NCBI GenBank assembly: GCA_030390025.1
Contig: CM059433.1
Span: 12,898,001-12,962,000, forward strand
Direction of reading: 5' to 3'
Length of the DNA: 64,000 nucleotides
DNA from: Squalus acanthias
Taxonomy: Eukaryota
Shown: piece by piece, positions 48,806 through 60,929 of the stretch
How the letters are laid out: every line of letters starts with the position of its first letter
Position numbering within the stretch: the stretch's first letter is position 1
Translations under genes and position numbers: made by a program
Notes under the pieces: model-generated
The model's database searches: none
Seen by the model: only the letters and a program-made list of their open reading frames with translations
What the model was told of the DNA's origin: nothing

Positions 48806-50631
48806 CATATAACTGTGGAGTGATTAATATAATTTTAAATGCTTTGTCAAAGCTGATCCATTTGAAATTCAACAATAAATGTTATATTATGCCTACAGTT
48901 ATTTAAAATGGTGCTTATCTCTACTGGAAGCTGTTACAGATATAATGGCCAGAATTTTGCCTACTTGGGCGGGTCCAGTGCGGCCGGTGTCCGTGGTGGG
49001 TCGCAATCCCGCTGCTGGCTTCATCTCACTGCAGAAAATGAACTTACCTTAATGGGGCCTATTAATCCTGCACAGCATGTTACCCGGCCCAATGAGATGG
49101 AGCGGGTCCGGTGACGTCATTCATGATGCTTTTTCAGCCGGGATCCTTAAAGGGACCATGGCCACATTAAATTTTAAGTTTAATCTAGCATAGTGGGTGT
49201 TGAATCTTTACTCTACAATAACATAATAAAAGTTATATATGAGTGACAAAGAAATATTTAAATAATATTATCATTAAGTAATATGACGCCATCTACAAAT
49301 ACGATCAAGAACATAATTTAAAAAGTACATTAATTGGGAAGTTATTGGTGCTTTAGTCACAAATCTATAGACTTTTGTATCAGTAACTGCTACAAATAAA
49401 AGATGTGTGTGTATTGGTAATATATAAAATTAAGCAGATTTTAAATGTAATTGTAAAGGGGTGGATTTACAATCTTATGTAAGTTCAGCGGAAGAGCTGC
49501 GGAATCCCTAACAAACAGTGTAAGTGGTGCTTACAATGTGTGTCTGGGATTTCTGCAGCTCTTTCGTTGAAGTTAACAATGGGCAAGTGAGAGAACCTCT
49601 GCAGAAAATCACCCCCAAAGTCTCAGACTGAAAAATTAAATTAGTCATATTCAGGGACTGAAAGCAAATTGAACCAGTGGAATGAGTGACGAGAATGAAA
49701 TTGTTACGGTTGATGACTTGATTCAATGTATAACTGGACAATCACAGTATACTGTGAGAAAAACTGACCAGAAACAACAAAAAAATCTATTTAAATGCTT
49801 TATGTCATTTTTATAGTGTAGATCAATTCACTGCAATTACTGTTGAGTTGGAAGGCAATAGCCGAGAATGGCCAGTGAAAAATGTATTTCCCTCACCATC
49901 CAGGGTAGCACTTACATCCCTTCAGGAATTTCTGAATTAACATTTACCAGTAGCTTTTCAAGTAGAACAGAATCTCCATCAATCTGTTAGCTGATGTAAT
50001 CCATATGTTTTTATTTTGGTTTGTTTTTCATGCTGTCAAGTAATCAGCCGGAGCAATGGCCACGGAACTCACGCCTCAGGTTGACAGACGTGGTTCCCGA
50101 GCTGCGTGAATCCCATGGCCATGCAGGGAAATTTAAAAAGTAAGTGGGAAAAAAAGGCTTTTAAGTGCCTGTAAAGTACCTCATAATGATTTTAATTGGG
50201 TCCCCCGCCGCTGCAGGTCAGGTTGGGTCGGCTCCACGATGACCGACGCACCTGGGGGAAAGGCGTGTGGGAGCGAGAAGACTGCGGATTCCCGACCCGC
50301 TGTCAAAAATAACAACTTTCCCACCCGACCCACCACCGATCACGCCCACTACCACCCCAGAAAATTCAACCCAGTAAGTGTGTATGGATCTCTGGACATC
50401 TTCAGAAGCAACTCACATATGAATCTAAATCTTCATATTTGTGAGGACTCTTTCCTACTAAAAATGAGTGAGATTAAAAAAGAAATGGCCAAACCATTGT
50501 ATGAACTTCTTGCTTGACCTATCTGCTTCCAGCACTCAATGGTTTCCATTTTACCCCCTGGTGTCCAAACAACAGTATGTGCAAAACGGTGTGCCTATGT
50601 GTGAAGTTTGCCCATAGTAACAAACTCACGT

Positions 50632-51292
50632 AGGGGGAATTTTAGCACACAAAAACGTGTGTGTTGGGAGTGGGTGGTGGTGGGGGTGTGAAAATTTTTA
50701 CATTCTGAACCCTGACACCAGCCCGCCTCCAACTCGCCCACTTCCTGATTTTACGGAGTTGGGTCAAGGGTCGTGCAGCCAACCCGTTCCCAAGAGGCAG
50801 GTTGGCAATTTAGGTATGTTAATGAGGTTGACAGCCTCTGATTTAACTTGCTTTTCAGGTTTTACAGTGGACAGCCGGGTTTCCCAGGCCTCGGGAAATC
50901 CGGCAGCTGAAGCAAGGCGAGGACAGCTTCTGGGAGAAGTTAAGTGCCTGCACAGCTCTGCTTGTGGGCCAGGAGGAGCAGGAGTGCTTCCTCCGGCCCG
51001 CCAAGCTCCAACCCCATACAAGGGCCCCCGGGGTCAGGGATCGGAAACCCCCCCCAACGCCAGGTCGGGGAATCAGACCTACCTGGTCCTGCGGCCTGCT
51101 CCGGAGTGCTCAGCGCCCGACTGGAAGCCAAGCCTGTCAATCAAGCTGACTTCTGGGCGGGGGACCTGTCAAGGCCAAAAGATACACAGCATGCCAGCAC
51201 AACCCGAACTTCCGGGTTTCCCGTCCGAAAGTCCGCCCACCCCCCTCCCCCCACCCTGCCTACGTAACACGCCCCTGTTAATATCCAGGCCA
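50632..51292. mobile_element. Probable GC-rich Harbinger-type MITE
   Basis: Degenerate ends GGGGGAATTTTAGC / GTTAATATCCAGGCC; composition like the other MITEs. Confidence 0.45.
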
Positions 51293-52470
51293 CTGTGACT
51301 CCAGTGCAAACTGCGTATGTGAAAAATGGTGAATACATGAATCAAAATTAAGTTTGCTCAGCTCCAAGATTGTAAATGAGGCTCGAACTGTAGTAAACGT
51401 GCACAATGTTATATAGGCACCTATGCAAAAGGATTAGCTTGAGGAAGAAGCTTTATCAGTCACAACGTGGAATTAATCATGAAGGCAGTAATTTGGAGGA
51501 AAAAAAGGATCTGGCACAAGAAACTACCTCCATCCTAAGCTATAAAAAGCTGAGCAGGCAGGTCAAGAGATGACCTGAAAATACAATATAACCCTTGAAA
51601 TCAACGAGAATCAAAAGGATCAACCAGAAGTATTGTAATAACTTGAAGTGGTGCACCTGATATAAGATGGACAAGATAAGGAGATTGCTCAAAACCACTG
51701 GTCATCCTCTGAATCAGGATGGGAAACTGACTCTGTCGCATGAGATATCTTCCCAGCTCGTTTCCCCAGAAGTTGTAACTGGCCTGGGAGGCAAAAGCAC
51801 AGCTGACGTTCTTTGACCGGGTAAGTCTGCCTTCTGCTGTTTACAGTTCTTCTTTTAACTTAGTATCCTCACTGGGTAAAGTGCCTCCACTATCGAACAT
51901 GCTTATTTGCATAAGTTATTTAATTCAGAAGCCAAATTACAGCCATTCAAAATTTTACAGGAATACATCCAACCACAAATGGTTTATTAATTTGACTGGC
52001 CATATTTTGTTATAATGCACAGAATGAACGTACTTTCAGTTCAACAAACACAAGTAAAACTCTTTATCAAAACTATGACCAATTTTAGTCTTTAGCGAGT
52101 TGGCCAGAACCTGAAGCTAACCCCTTGAAACTCATTTGTCACTTACTCCAGCTGCCTAATTGTTATGCATTACTTAATCGTTGTAATTAATGTCACTAGA
52201 CTATATCGTAATGGTGGTTCCCTGGTTCTTGTTCACAGATTCTATCAACTGGGCGTGACCCTTCTTCAGGTCCATTTCTTGCCTCCCCACCCCCCCAAAA
52301 AAAAAACACCTGTGGAGCGGACAGCATTATGGCACTTCCTTGAAGTGAAAATGCAGAATTGGACCAGAAGCCGCAGTGAAGAACAAGATTCTGGTGCAGC
52401 AGAAGGTTTTGGCGGAGGAGGCAAATGCATCTGAGGGCCGGCCTTTCAACTCTCTTGCAAGAATCAAGGA

Positions 52471-52583
52471 CAAAAATGAGAAGTCGCACAACACCAGGTT
52501 ATAGTCCAACAGATTTATTTAATTTTACAAGCTTTCGAAGCAGTTCGCTCCTTCGTCAGGTAAGTTAGCAGTGAGTCCACATC
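52471..52583 (-). mobile_element. One-armed family A hammerhead insertion
   Basis: Inverted arm plus terminal TCCACATC; TSD CAAGAATCAAGGA at 52458-70 and 52583-95. Confidence 0.8.
52525..52563 (-). ncRNA. Minimal hammerhead motif (family A variant)
   Basis: TTAC-CTGACGA-A-GGAGC-GAACT-GCTTC-GAAA-GC-TT-GTAA; stem I covaries relative to TCAC/GTGA. Confidence 0.8.
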
Positions 52584-54583
52584 AAGAATCAAGGAGAGCA
52601 GGCAGGTGTAGGGAGGATGAGTATTCACAAGTCCAGGCATCAACAGTTGCAGTGTCACTTAAAATGAGTGCTTTTCCAAAGTGAGTGCACAGTTTTAAGA
52701 TACCATGCAAACAGTTGGCCATCTGCCTGGGCAGCAATTTCTATTAATTTGGGCCATTCTTGGAGAAAGATGTCAAAGCTCTGGGCAACAGGGCCGATGA
52801 CTATTCCAATGATGTGGTTGCACTGGTTGCAAGAAGTCAAATTCATACCTTTACCGAAGCAGCTGGAGCAGGTCACTATGGCCTGTCAAACACCTTTGAA
52901 AAAGATTTCAGGATCCACAGGGACAAGTGGCAGCCCCCTCACAAACTGCGGCACGCCTTCCAAAAGGGTATTTTAAATGCTGATCAGGACTCCTCCAGCA
53001 TCACCAATCATCCCTTTCGCACTACCAGCAGACTTTACGTGCTCCCACTAAACATCAATCTCGAGCAGCCAGAAAGTGACAAAACCTTTAAAACAAAAAG
53101 TAATTAACAGCATAACACAAGTCATGGATGTGAGGAGGGAAAAATGCTGAATTATATGTAACTCGGTTTGAAATCTGTCAAGGATTGATCTCCCTATGGC
53201 AATGACGGAGTTGGTAATGCAGCGTTCCAGTCTGGAAGCACAGGGTAGGCATCACTTCTATATCTCTAGGGTCTTCAGCAGCTGGGGTACTTTCTGTAAA
53301 TATGTAGAGGCTCAGATTTGTTGTATTCTCTTATGCTCAACAACAAACCTTCACCGATATATATTTACAAATAGATTTGCAGGACATCAAAATGGCACCG
53401 TGCTCCATTTTATTGTACTGATACAGACAATCAGTGGTGATTCAGGAAATCAGCAAACGAAGACACTACTTGTCATAGGGAACTTGGTTTAAAAGCTGAG
53501 GCGGTATAAAGGAGAAGAGTGAAGTATTGTACAATGAATACTTCCTCTTTTTAGTACTTTCTGCTCTAAGCTTGCTCTGCAAAATATTATAGTCTTGTTT
53601 TCCACTTTCTCGTCAATTTTCTCTCCTCCTGCTGAAAGTATTGACTCCTCTTTGTCCTGTTCCTGTCTTAGTATCTCATACAAATGCCCCTTATTCATGG
53701 GTAGGCAGAGTATTTGGTCATGAGGGCATCATGGCCGAGCACAGTCCTGTTCTTAGACAATATCCACACAGGTGTACTTCCAGCAGAGACCCCTGGAGAA
53801 CGATCAGGAGCAGGAGCTCGAGACAATTTTCCCTTTCGTACCTCAAGACCTTCTTAACTGTCTGGCCAGTTGTACAGCCTCTACTTCCACTCTAGCTGAG
53901 ACCCTCAAACTCAGCGCAAACTGGGGGATCAAACTTGGGACTGTTTCGATCTGTATAGTGTAGCTACTTATTAGAGAAAAACACACTGAGCCACCAAGGG
54001 AACTGTGACTTCGGTGGAAAGGAAATCAGGCAGGGTGCATGACGGGCAGCTGATCCACTACCGCCAGTTTTACATCTCCACCAAAGTTGAAAGTTCCGCC
54101 CGTTATTCCCAATTTAGTAGGCAGTTATACTTTTAAACTGAGCCTATCTAGATGCAGGGAGACAATAGAACATACAAAAGCATGAAACAAAAAACAGCCC
54201 TCATGCCATTCAGCCCATTCCTTCTACTTCCATTCCTTCTGTGTACACGTTTGCCTATCATGGACTCTACCCCTCCCATTTGATCTCTTATGGTAAAGCT
54301 TTGCCTGAATTCGCTTTAATCCTTAAAGTTAATCAACTAAACTTGTCCCTTCCTATATTTCCACCATTTAATCCTGGCTGATTGCTTTCCATTGTCAGTG
54401 TAGGAGCTACGGTATTCCCTGCAGCATTTAATAGCTCTGTCTGCAACAGTCGCCTTCAAGCAATCTTCAGTACCATTTCTCACTAGCTATTTGTCTTTTC
54501 TGAGGGAGTTAATCAAAATTGTATTAACTGCTTTTGCTGAGGACCTGTTCCAGATATCCACTACTCTGTGGATATGAAATAAT

Positions 54584-55614
54584 GGGGTCGAACATTTGCG
54601 GGGGGGAGCACATTCCAGACTAAGGGCGCGATCTTGCCAGCCCTGGGGAGGCGGGTTTGGAGGTGGGACTGCCGGGAAAATGGCAGAATCTGGGGGCGGG
54701 TGCCCGTTCCGCCCCCAATCCGCCTCCGTGCCATCTTCCCAGGAGGCGGGTAGCCAACCCGTGCCGGGTCCCGTCTCCTGGAGGCGGGAAGGGGATTACA
54801 GCCACTTAACTGCCTGTTAACAGGTAGTTAACAGGCAGATAAGAGGGTTATCCCCATTTTACCCACACAAGTGCGGGCTTCCCGAAGGCTGCGAACCCCA
54901 CCAGGGTCACTGAGGCGAGCAGTGGGTCTGCGGGGGTCTGCGGGGTGCAAAAGTGCGCTGTGAAGGTAAGTGATGGGTGCAAGTGTGGAGAGGTGAGTAT
55001 GTGAGGTAAGTGGAAAGTGTTAGAAAAAGTTTACTTACCTTTGTTTCTTCCTGCAGGCTTCAATCGTTGGGGATGCGGAGAGTCTCGCATCTCACCGGCA
55101 GAGATGACAGATGGCTGTTGCATTCTCCAATGCAACAACCATCTAATTTCTGCTAAATAAAGAGGTTTGATGAGTCTTGAATACAAGAACTCATCAAACT
55201 ACAGAGAATGTCAGTGTTTGACAGCTTCACAGAGCTGTCAAATGATGACAATTCATCTGTCAAAAATTTTTGCAACGTCATACACTGACGTTCTCTGTAA
55301 CCGGCTTCCCCTTAATTGACCTGCTAAGCCCGCTGGGTGGGCTTAACAAGGTCAATCAAGGGAAAATAGCGTGGGTTGGCCAGAAGTCAATGGAGGCGGG
55401 ACTAAAACCCGACAAGTGGGAGTCCCGCCTCCAAAAGCTCCCCATTGGCAAAATCCAGCCCTAAGTGCCAGAATACATCTGCCAGGAAACTCCACAGCTG
55501 ACACTGACAGACTTTTCAGGGTCGGGGTCGTTTGCATGACATTGGTGAGCTCCTGCACTAGGGGTGAGGGGGTGTCAGTGCCATTGAACCCCGGATAGTG
55601 CAAAGCTGGGCCCC
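54584..55614. mobile_element. Small outer MITE split by the 54624-55461 element
   Basis: Ends GGGGTCGAACATTTGC / GCAAAGCTGGGCCCC; AAT TSD at 54581-83 and 55615-17. Confidence 0.65.
54624..55461 (+). mobile_element. PIF/Harbinger MITE, copy 1
   Basis: TIRs GGGCGCGATCTTGCCA / TGGCAAAATCCAGCCC, TAA TSD (54621-23, 55462-64); colinear with 60107-60929. Confidence 0.9.
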
Positions 55615-55899
55615 AATGGTCACTTTTGTAAAGAGACTGATTTACAATTAACTACAAAATGTGACCTTAAATTTTTGTGGGAGTCCAGGCCATGATCCCA
55701 GCTTTGGCCCTCCATCGAGTTCACTGCTGCTGTTCAGTGGCCTGGTTCACCAGGTCTTACTAGATGTATCATTGCTGGGTCCCACTGAGAGCTGAGGATA
55801 TGGGAACACACTTGTTTAGGGTGGATGTAGGCTTCGCTCCCAACAAGGTTGCTGGGAGCTTGGATGTTACCCAATTTTTACCAATTTTCAGCCCTTGTG

Positions 55900-56092
55900 G
55901 TGCAGTCCTTCATCGTCGCTGGGTCAAAACCCTGGAACTGCTTACTAACAGCACTGTGGGAGTACCTTCACCACACGGACTGCAGCATTGCAAGAAGGCG
56001 ACTCACCACCACCTTCTCAAAGGGCAACTAGGGATGGGCAATAAATGCTGGCCTTGCCAGCGACGCCCACATCCTGTGAATGAATACATTTT
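55900..56092 (+). mobile_element. LINE 3' tail (33893 family)
   Basis: Matches 34330-34520. Confidence 0.85.
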
Positions 56093-56157
56093 AAAAAGTC
56101 CTGCCAGAGTTACAATTTGCACAACACCAGGTTATAGTCCAACAGTTTTATTTGAAA

Positions 56158-56195
56158 TCACAAGCTTTCGGAGCTGCTGCTCCTTCGTCAGGTGA
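56158..56195 (-). ncRNA. Minimal hammerhead motif (family A)
   Basis: TCAC-CTGACGA-A-GGAGC-AGCA-GCTCC-GAAA-GC-TT-GTGA. Confidence 0.8.
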
Positions 56196-56374
56196 AGTGA
56201 AGGAATACGAATCGGCAAAGCATATATAGACAGAGAACAATGCATGTGCAGCGTACAATGTCAGACGACTACAGTTAATCTTTCTGACTGCCTAAAAGCA
56301 GTCGTCTGACATTGTACGTTGCACAGGCATTGTTCTCTGTCTATATATGCTTTGCCGATTCGTATTCCTTCACT

Positions 56375-56411
56375 TCACCTGACGAAGGAGCAGCGCTCCG
56401 AAAGCTTGTGA
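56375..56411 (+). ncRNA. Minimal hammerhead motif (family A)
   Basis: TCAC-CTGACGA-A-GGAGC-AGC-GCTCC-GAAA-GC-TT-GTGA. Confidence 0.8.
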
Positions 56412-58647
56412 TTTCAAATAAAACTGTTGGACTATAACCTGGTGTTGTGCGACTTCTCACTTTTGTCCACCCCAGTTCAACACCGGCATCTCCGCATCAG
56501 AGTTACAATGGGAGTGCACTGGAAGGGCTGCAGATTTTCGGCTCCAATTTCTCCTCATATCAGGACTCCCTTGAGGCTTATTCATTTTAAATTCACCATC
56601 CAATTCAAATAACCTATTTACATTTACATTGTTCATGTCCGCCAGCATTTTAAAGACCCGCATCGTCCCCTCTCGATTTTATTTTCTTCAAATGAAAATA
56701 ATTTTAGCTCTGTGAGTCTCCCTCCTGAACTTAGGATCCTCGGTAAAGAGCAACCCTGATCCTATTCTAAACCCACACATTCTAAACCTGACCTATACAA
56801 ATTCAGAATACCTTCTTTTGACTTAAAATCAGATGCCCTTGAGTTGTATCCTTGGACTGTTTGGTTGTTTTTCTCTTTTGTTCAGTTGCACTCACTCATC
56901 ACTAGTCTGTACAATTGCTGATTTTTATTTTGTGTGGGAGTAGAAATATTGTCCCGTTTCTTCAGCAGTACCATTGTCCAATCATAAATTTAATTATGCT
57001 TTTCCCTTCTGTGGTGCAAACATTCTGCATCATGCTCAATGCCATTCTGTTCACTATGCCAGCTTCCAGTGATGCAACAGCTTTCTCTTATTTTTTGCTC
57101 TTTGATTTCCCTGTCATTTTGATTCAATCAAACAGTGTTCAGAGACCCAGGTACTCAGTTAGATGCATTTTACAGTTATATACAGAGGTAACTTCCCAGA
57201 TCCCACAGTCCCAGAGGAGACTGCTTGAAGGGAGCGTAGGTTGGAGAAATTATGCCGTAGCAATGTAGTCCTACCTTTGATCTTGCCTCGCTTTCAGCTT
57301 AATCACATGACTTCAATTATGCTTCCTTCTGTAGACTAATCTGTTGGAGCCTTGCCTCTTCCATGGTCATAAGAACATAAGAAATAGGAGCAGGAGTAGG
57401 CCATTTCGCCCCTTGAGCCTGCTCCGCCATTCAATAAGATCATGGCTGATCCTCCACCTGAACTCCACTTTCCTGCACTATCCCCATTTCCCTTGATTCC
57501 CTTAATATTCAAAAATCTAGCGATCTCTGTCTTGAATATTCTCAATGACTGAGCCTCCACAGCTCTCTGGGGTAGAGAATTCCAAAGATTCACCACCCTC
57601 TGAGTGATGGAATTTCTTTTCATCTCAGTCCTAAATGGCCGACCCCTTATTCTGAGACTGTAACCCCTTGTTCTAGACTCCCCAGCCAGAGGAAACATCC
57701 TCCCTGCATCTATACTGTCAAGCCCTGTCAGAATGTTATATGTTTCAATGAGATCACCCCTCATTCTTCTAAGCTCTAGAGAATATAGGCCTAGTCTACT
57801 CAATCTCTCCTCATAGGACAATCCCCCCATCCCAGGAACCAGTCTGGCGAACCTTCGTTGCACTCCCTCTATGGCAAGTATATCCTTCCTTAGGTAAGGA
57901 GACCAAAACTGTACACAATACTCCAGGTGTGGTCTCACCAGGGCCCTATATAATTGCAGTAAGATGTCTTTACTCTTATACTCAAATCCTCTTGTAATAA
58001 AGGCCAACATACCATTTGCTTTCCTAATTGCTTGCTGTACCTGCATGTTAACTTTCAGTGATTCATGTACAAGGACACCCAGGTCCCTCTGAACACCAAC
58101 ATTTCCCAATCTCTCACCATTTAAAAAATACTCTGCTTTTCTATTTTTCCTACCAAAGTGGATAACTTCACATTTCTCCACATTATATTCCATTTGCCAT
58201 GTTCATGCCCACATAGCCTGTCAGTATCCCCTTGAAGCCTCCTTGCATCCTCCTCACAACTTACATTCCCACCCAGCTTTGTATCGTCAGCAAACTTGGA
58301 TATAATATATTTGGTCCCCTCATCCAAATCATTGATGTAGATTGTGAATAGCTGAGGCCCAAGCACTGATCCTTGCGGTACCCCACTAGTTACAGCCTGC
58401 CAACCTGAAAATGACCCGTTTATTCCTACTCTCTGTTTTCTGTCCGTTAACCAATCCTCAATCCATGCTAGTATATTACCCCCAATCCCATGAGCCCTAA
58501 TTTTGTTTAATAACCTCTTGTGTGGCACCTTCTCGAATGCCTTCTGAAAATCCAAATACACCACATCCTCTGGTTCCCCCTTATCTATTCTGCTAGTTAC
58601 AACCTCAAAAAACTCTAACAGATTCGTCAAACACGATTTCCCTTTCA

Positions 58648-60060
58648 AAAATAAAAACAGAAAATGCTGGAAATACTCAGCAGGTCAGGCAGCATCTGTG
58701 GAGAGAGAAACAGAGTTAACGTTTCAGGTCGATGATCCTCCATCAGAACTGGAAAAAGTTGGAGATGGAACAGGTTTTTAAGCAAGTGTAGGGGCAGGGA
58801 GAGGGGGGAGGGGCAGGGAGAGGGGGGAGGGGAGGAAAGAACAAAAGGGAAGGTCTGTGATAGGATGGAAGGCAGGAGAGATTAAGAGACAAAAGGGATG
58901 ATGGTGTGAGGCAAAAGGAGATGGTAATGGAAAAGTTAAGAAACAAAAGATGACTCTGGATGAAGTGTAAATGGCAATGGCAGGATGATCAACAGCTGTC
59001 ATGTGAGAGAGAGAAAAAAAATGATAGGGGCAGAGGTTATGGTCTGAAATTGTTAAACTCTATGTTGATCCGGAAGGCTGTAAAGTGCCTAATCTAAAGA
59101 TGAGGTGCTGTTCCTCGAGCTTACGTTAAGCTTCATTGGGACAGTGTAAGAGGCCGAGGACGGAGAGGTCAGAGTGGGAGTGGAGCGGAGAATTAAATTG
59201 ACAGGCGACCGGAAGCTCGGGGCCACCCTTACGGACTGAGCGGAGGTGTTCCGCAAAGTGGTCGCCCAATCTGCGTTTGGTCTCCCCAGTGTAGAGGAGA
59301 CCGCATCGTGAGCAGCGAACACAGTATACTAAATTGCAAGAAGTACAAGTAAATCGCTGTTTCACCTGGAAGGAGTGTTTGGGGCCCTGAACAGTGGGAA
59401 GGGAGGAGGTCAAAGGGCAGCTGTTGCATCTCCTGCGCTTGCACGGGAAGGTGCCAGGCGAAGGGGAAGGGCTGTTGGGGGGGATTAAGGAGTGAACCAG
59501 GGTGTTGCGGAGGGAGCGGTGCCTTCGGAATGCTGAAAGGGGAGGTGAGGGGAAGATGCGTTTGGTGGTGGGATCACGCTGGAGGTGGCGGAAATGGCAA
59601 ATGATGATCCGTTGAATGTGGAGGTTGGTGGCGTGAAAGGCGAGGACAAGGGGAACCCTATCGTGGTTCCGGGAGGGTGGGGAAGGGGTGAGAGCAGAAG
59701 TGCGGGAAATAGAACGGGCACGGTCGAGGGCCGTGTCAAACACGGTAGAGGGGAATCCTCGGTTGAGGAAAAAGGAAGACATATCAGAAGCACTGGTATG
59801 GAAGGTGGCATCGTCAGAACAGATGCGGCGGAGATGGAGAAACTGGGAGAATGGAATAGAGTCCATACAGGAAGCGGGATGGGAGGAAATGTAGTCCAGG
59901 TAGCTGTGGAAGTCAGTGGGCTTATAGTGAATGTTTGTCAATAGCCTATCCCCAGAGATGGAGACAGAGAAGTCGAGGAAGTGAAGGGAAGAGTCGGAGA
60001 TTGACCATGTGAAGGTGAGGGAAGGATGGAAATTGGAAGCAAAGTGAATGAAATTGGCTA
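58648..60060 (-). mobile_element. Penelope-like element (family B): RT C-terminus, GIY-YIG endonuclease and pLTR
   Basis: NFHPSLTFT..FLDFSV..YKPTD..SSHP..SIPFSQFLHLRRICS..CKRRRCNSC..VYCVRCSRCGLLYTGET; degenerate hammerhead at 58714-58750 (CTGATGG). Confidence 0.92.
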
Positions 60061-60106
60061 GTTCTCGCCCGTTTTTTGCGTCTTCTTCCGTGAAGACAGA
60101 CACAAA

Positions 60107-60929
60107 GGGGTTGATTTTGCCAGCCCTGGGGAGGCGAGTCTGCCGGGAAAGTGGCAGAATCTGGGGGCAGGTTCCCATCCTGCCCCCAACCCGCCTCCGT
60201 GCCATCTTCGCAGGAGGCGGGTAGCCGACACGTGCCGGGTCCCGTCTCCTGGTGGCGGGAAGGGGATTACAGCCACTTAACTGGTAGTTAACAGGCAGTT
60301 AAGAGGATTATCCCCATTTTTCCACCAGAGGCGCGGGCTTCCCGACGTCGGGAAACCCCGCCAGGGCCACTGAGACAAGCAGTGGGTCTGCGGGGGGCGG
60401 AGGGGTGCAAAAGTGCGCTGTGGAGGTGAGTGATGGGTGCAAGTGTGGAGAGGAAAGTGTGTGAGGTGAGTGTAAAGTGATAGAAAATGTTTACTTACCT
60501 TTGTTTCTTCCTGCAGGCTTCAACAGTTGGGGAACCGGAGACTCCCGCATCTCCGCGGCAGAGATGACAGAATGGCTGCTGCATTCTCTGATGCAACAAC
60601 CATCTGATTTCTGCTCAGCAGATAGAATTGATGAGTTTTGAATACAAGGACTCATCAAACAACAGAGAATGTCAGTGTTTGACAGCTTCACAGAGCTGTC
60701 AAACGATGACAATTCAGCTGTCATAAATTTTTGACAGATAAAACATCATACGCTGACGTTCTCTGTAACCGACTTCCCCTTAATTGGCCTACTGAGCCCG
60801 CTGGGCAGGCTTAACAAGGTCAATCAAGGGAAAATAGCGTGGGTTGGCCACAAGTCGATGGAGGCGGGACTAAAACCCAACAAGCAGCAGCCCCGCCTCC
60901 AACGCGCCCCCATTGATGAAATCACCCCC
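60107..60929 (+). mobile_element. PIF/Harbinger MITE, copy 2, inserted in CR1 ORF2
   Basis: TIRs GGGGTTGATTTT / GAAATCACCCCC; colinear with 54624-55461; CR1 sequence resumes on both sides (GACACAAA|..GTATTTGTT). Confidence 0.9.

Larger units (their letters stand above)
56117..56498. mobile_element. Palindromic family A insertion with two intact hammerhead motifs
   Basis: ~150-bp arms 56119-56270 and 56300-56450, 29-nt spacer, unpaired tail ending CTCCGCATC; TSD CAGAGTTACAAT at 56105-16 and 56498-509. Confidence 0.9.

Noticed and set aside
50657..51298. 213-aa ORF
   Set aside because: GC-rich MITE-like sequence open in several frames by composition.
51400..53100. Another fossil Harbinger (Myb on +, transposase on -)
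   Set aside because: Only faint motif echoes; cannot be supported without a profile search.
59126..60205. 359-aa ORF as an intact protein
   Set aside because: Reads through a MITE end, a CR1 scrap and a truncated Penelope; lacks the RT catalytic core.
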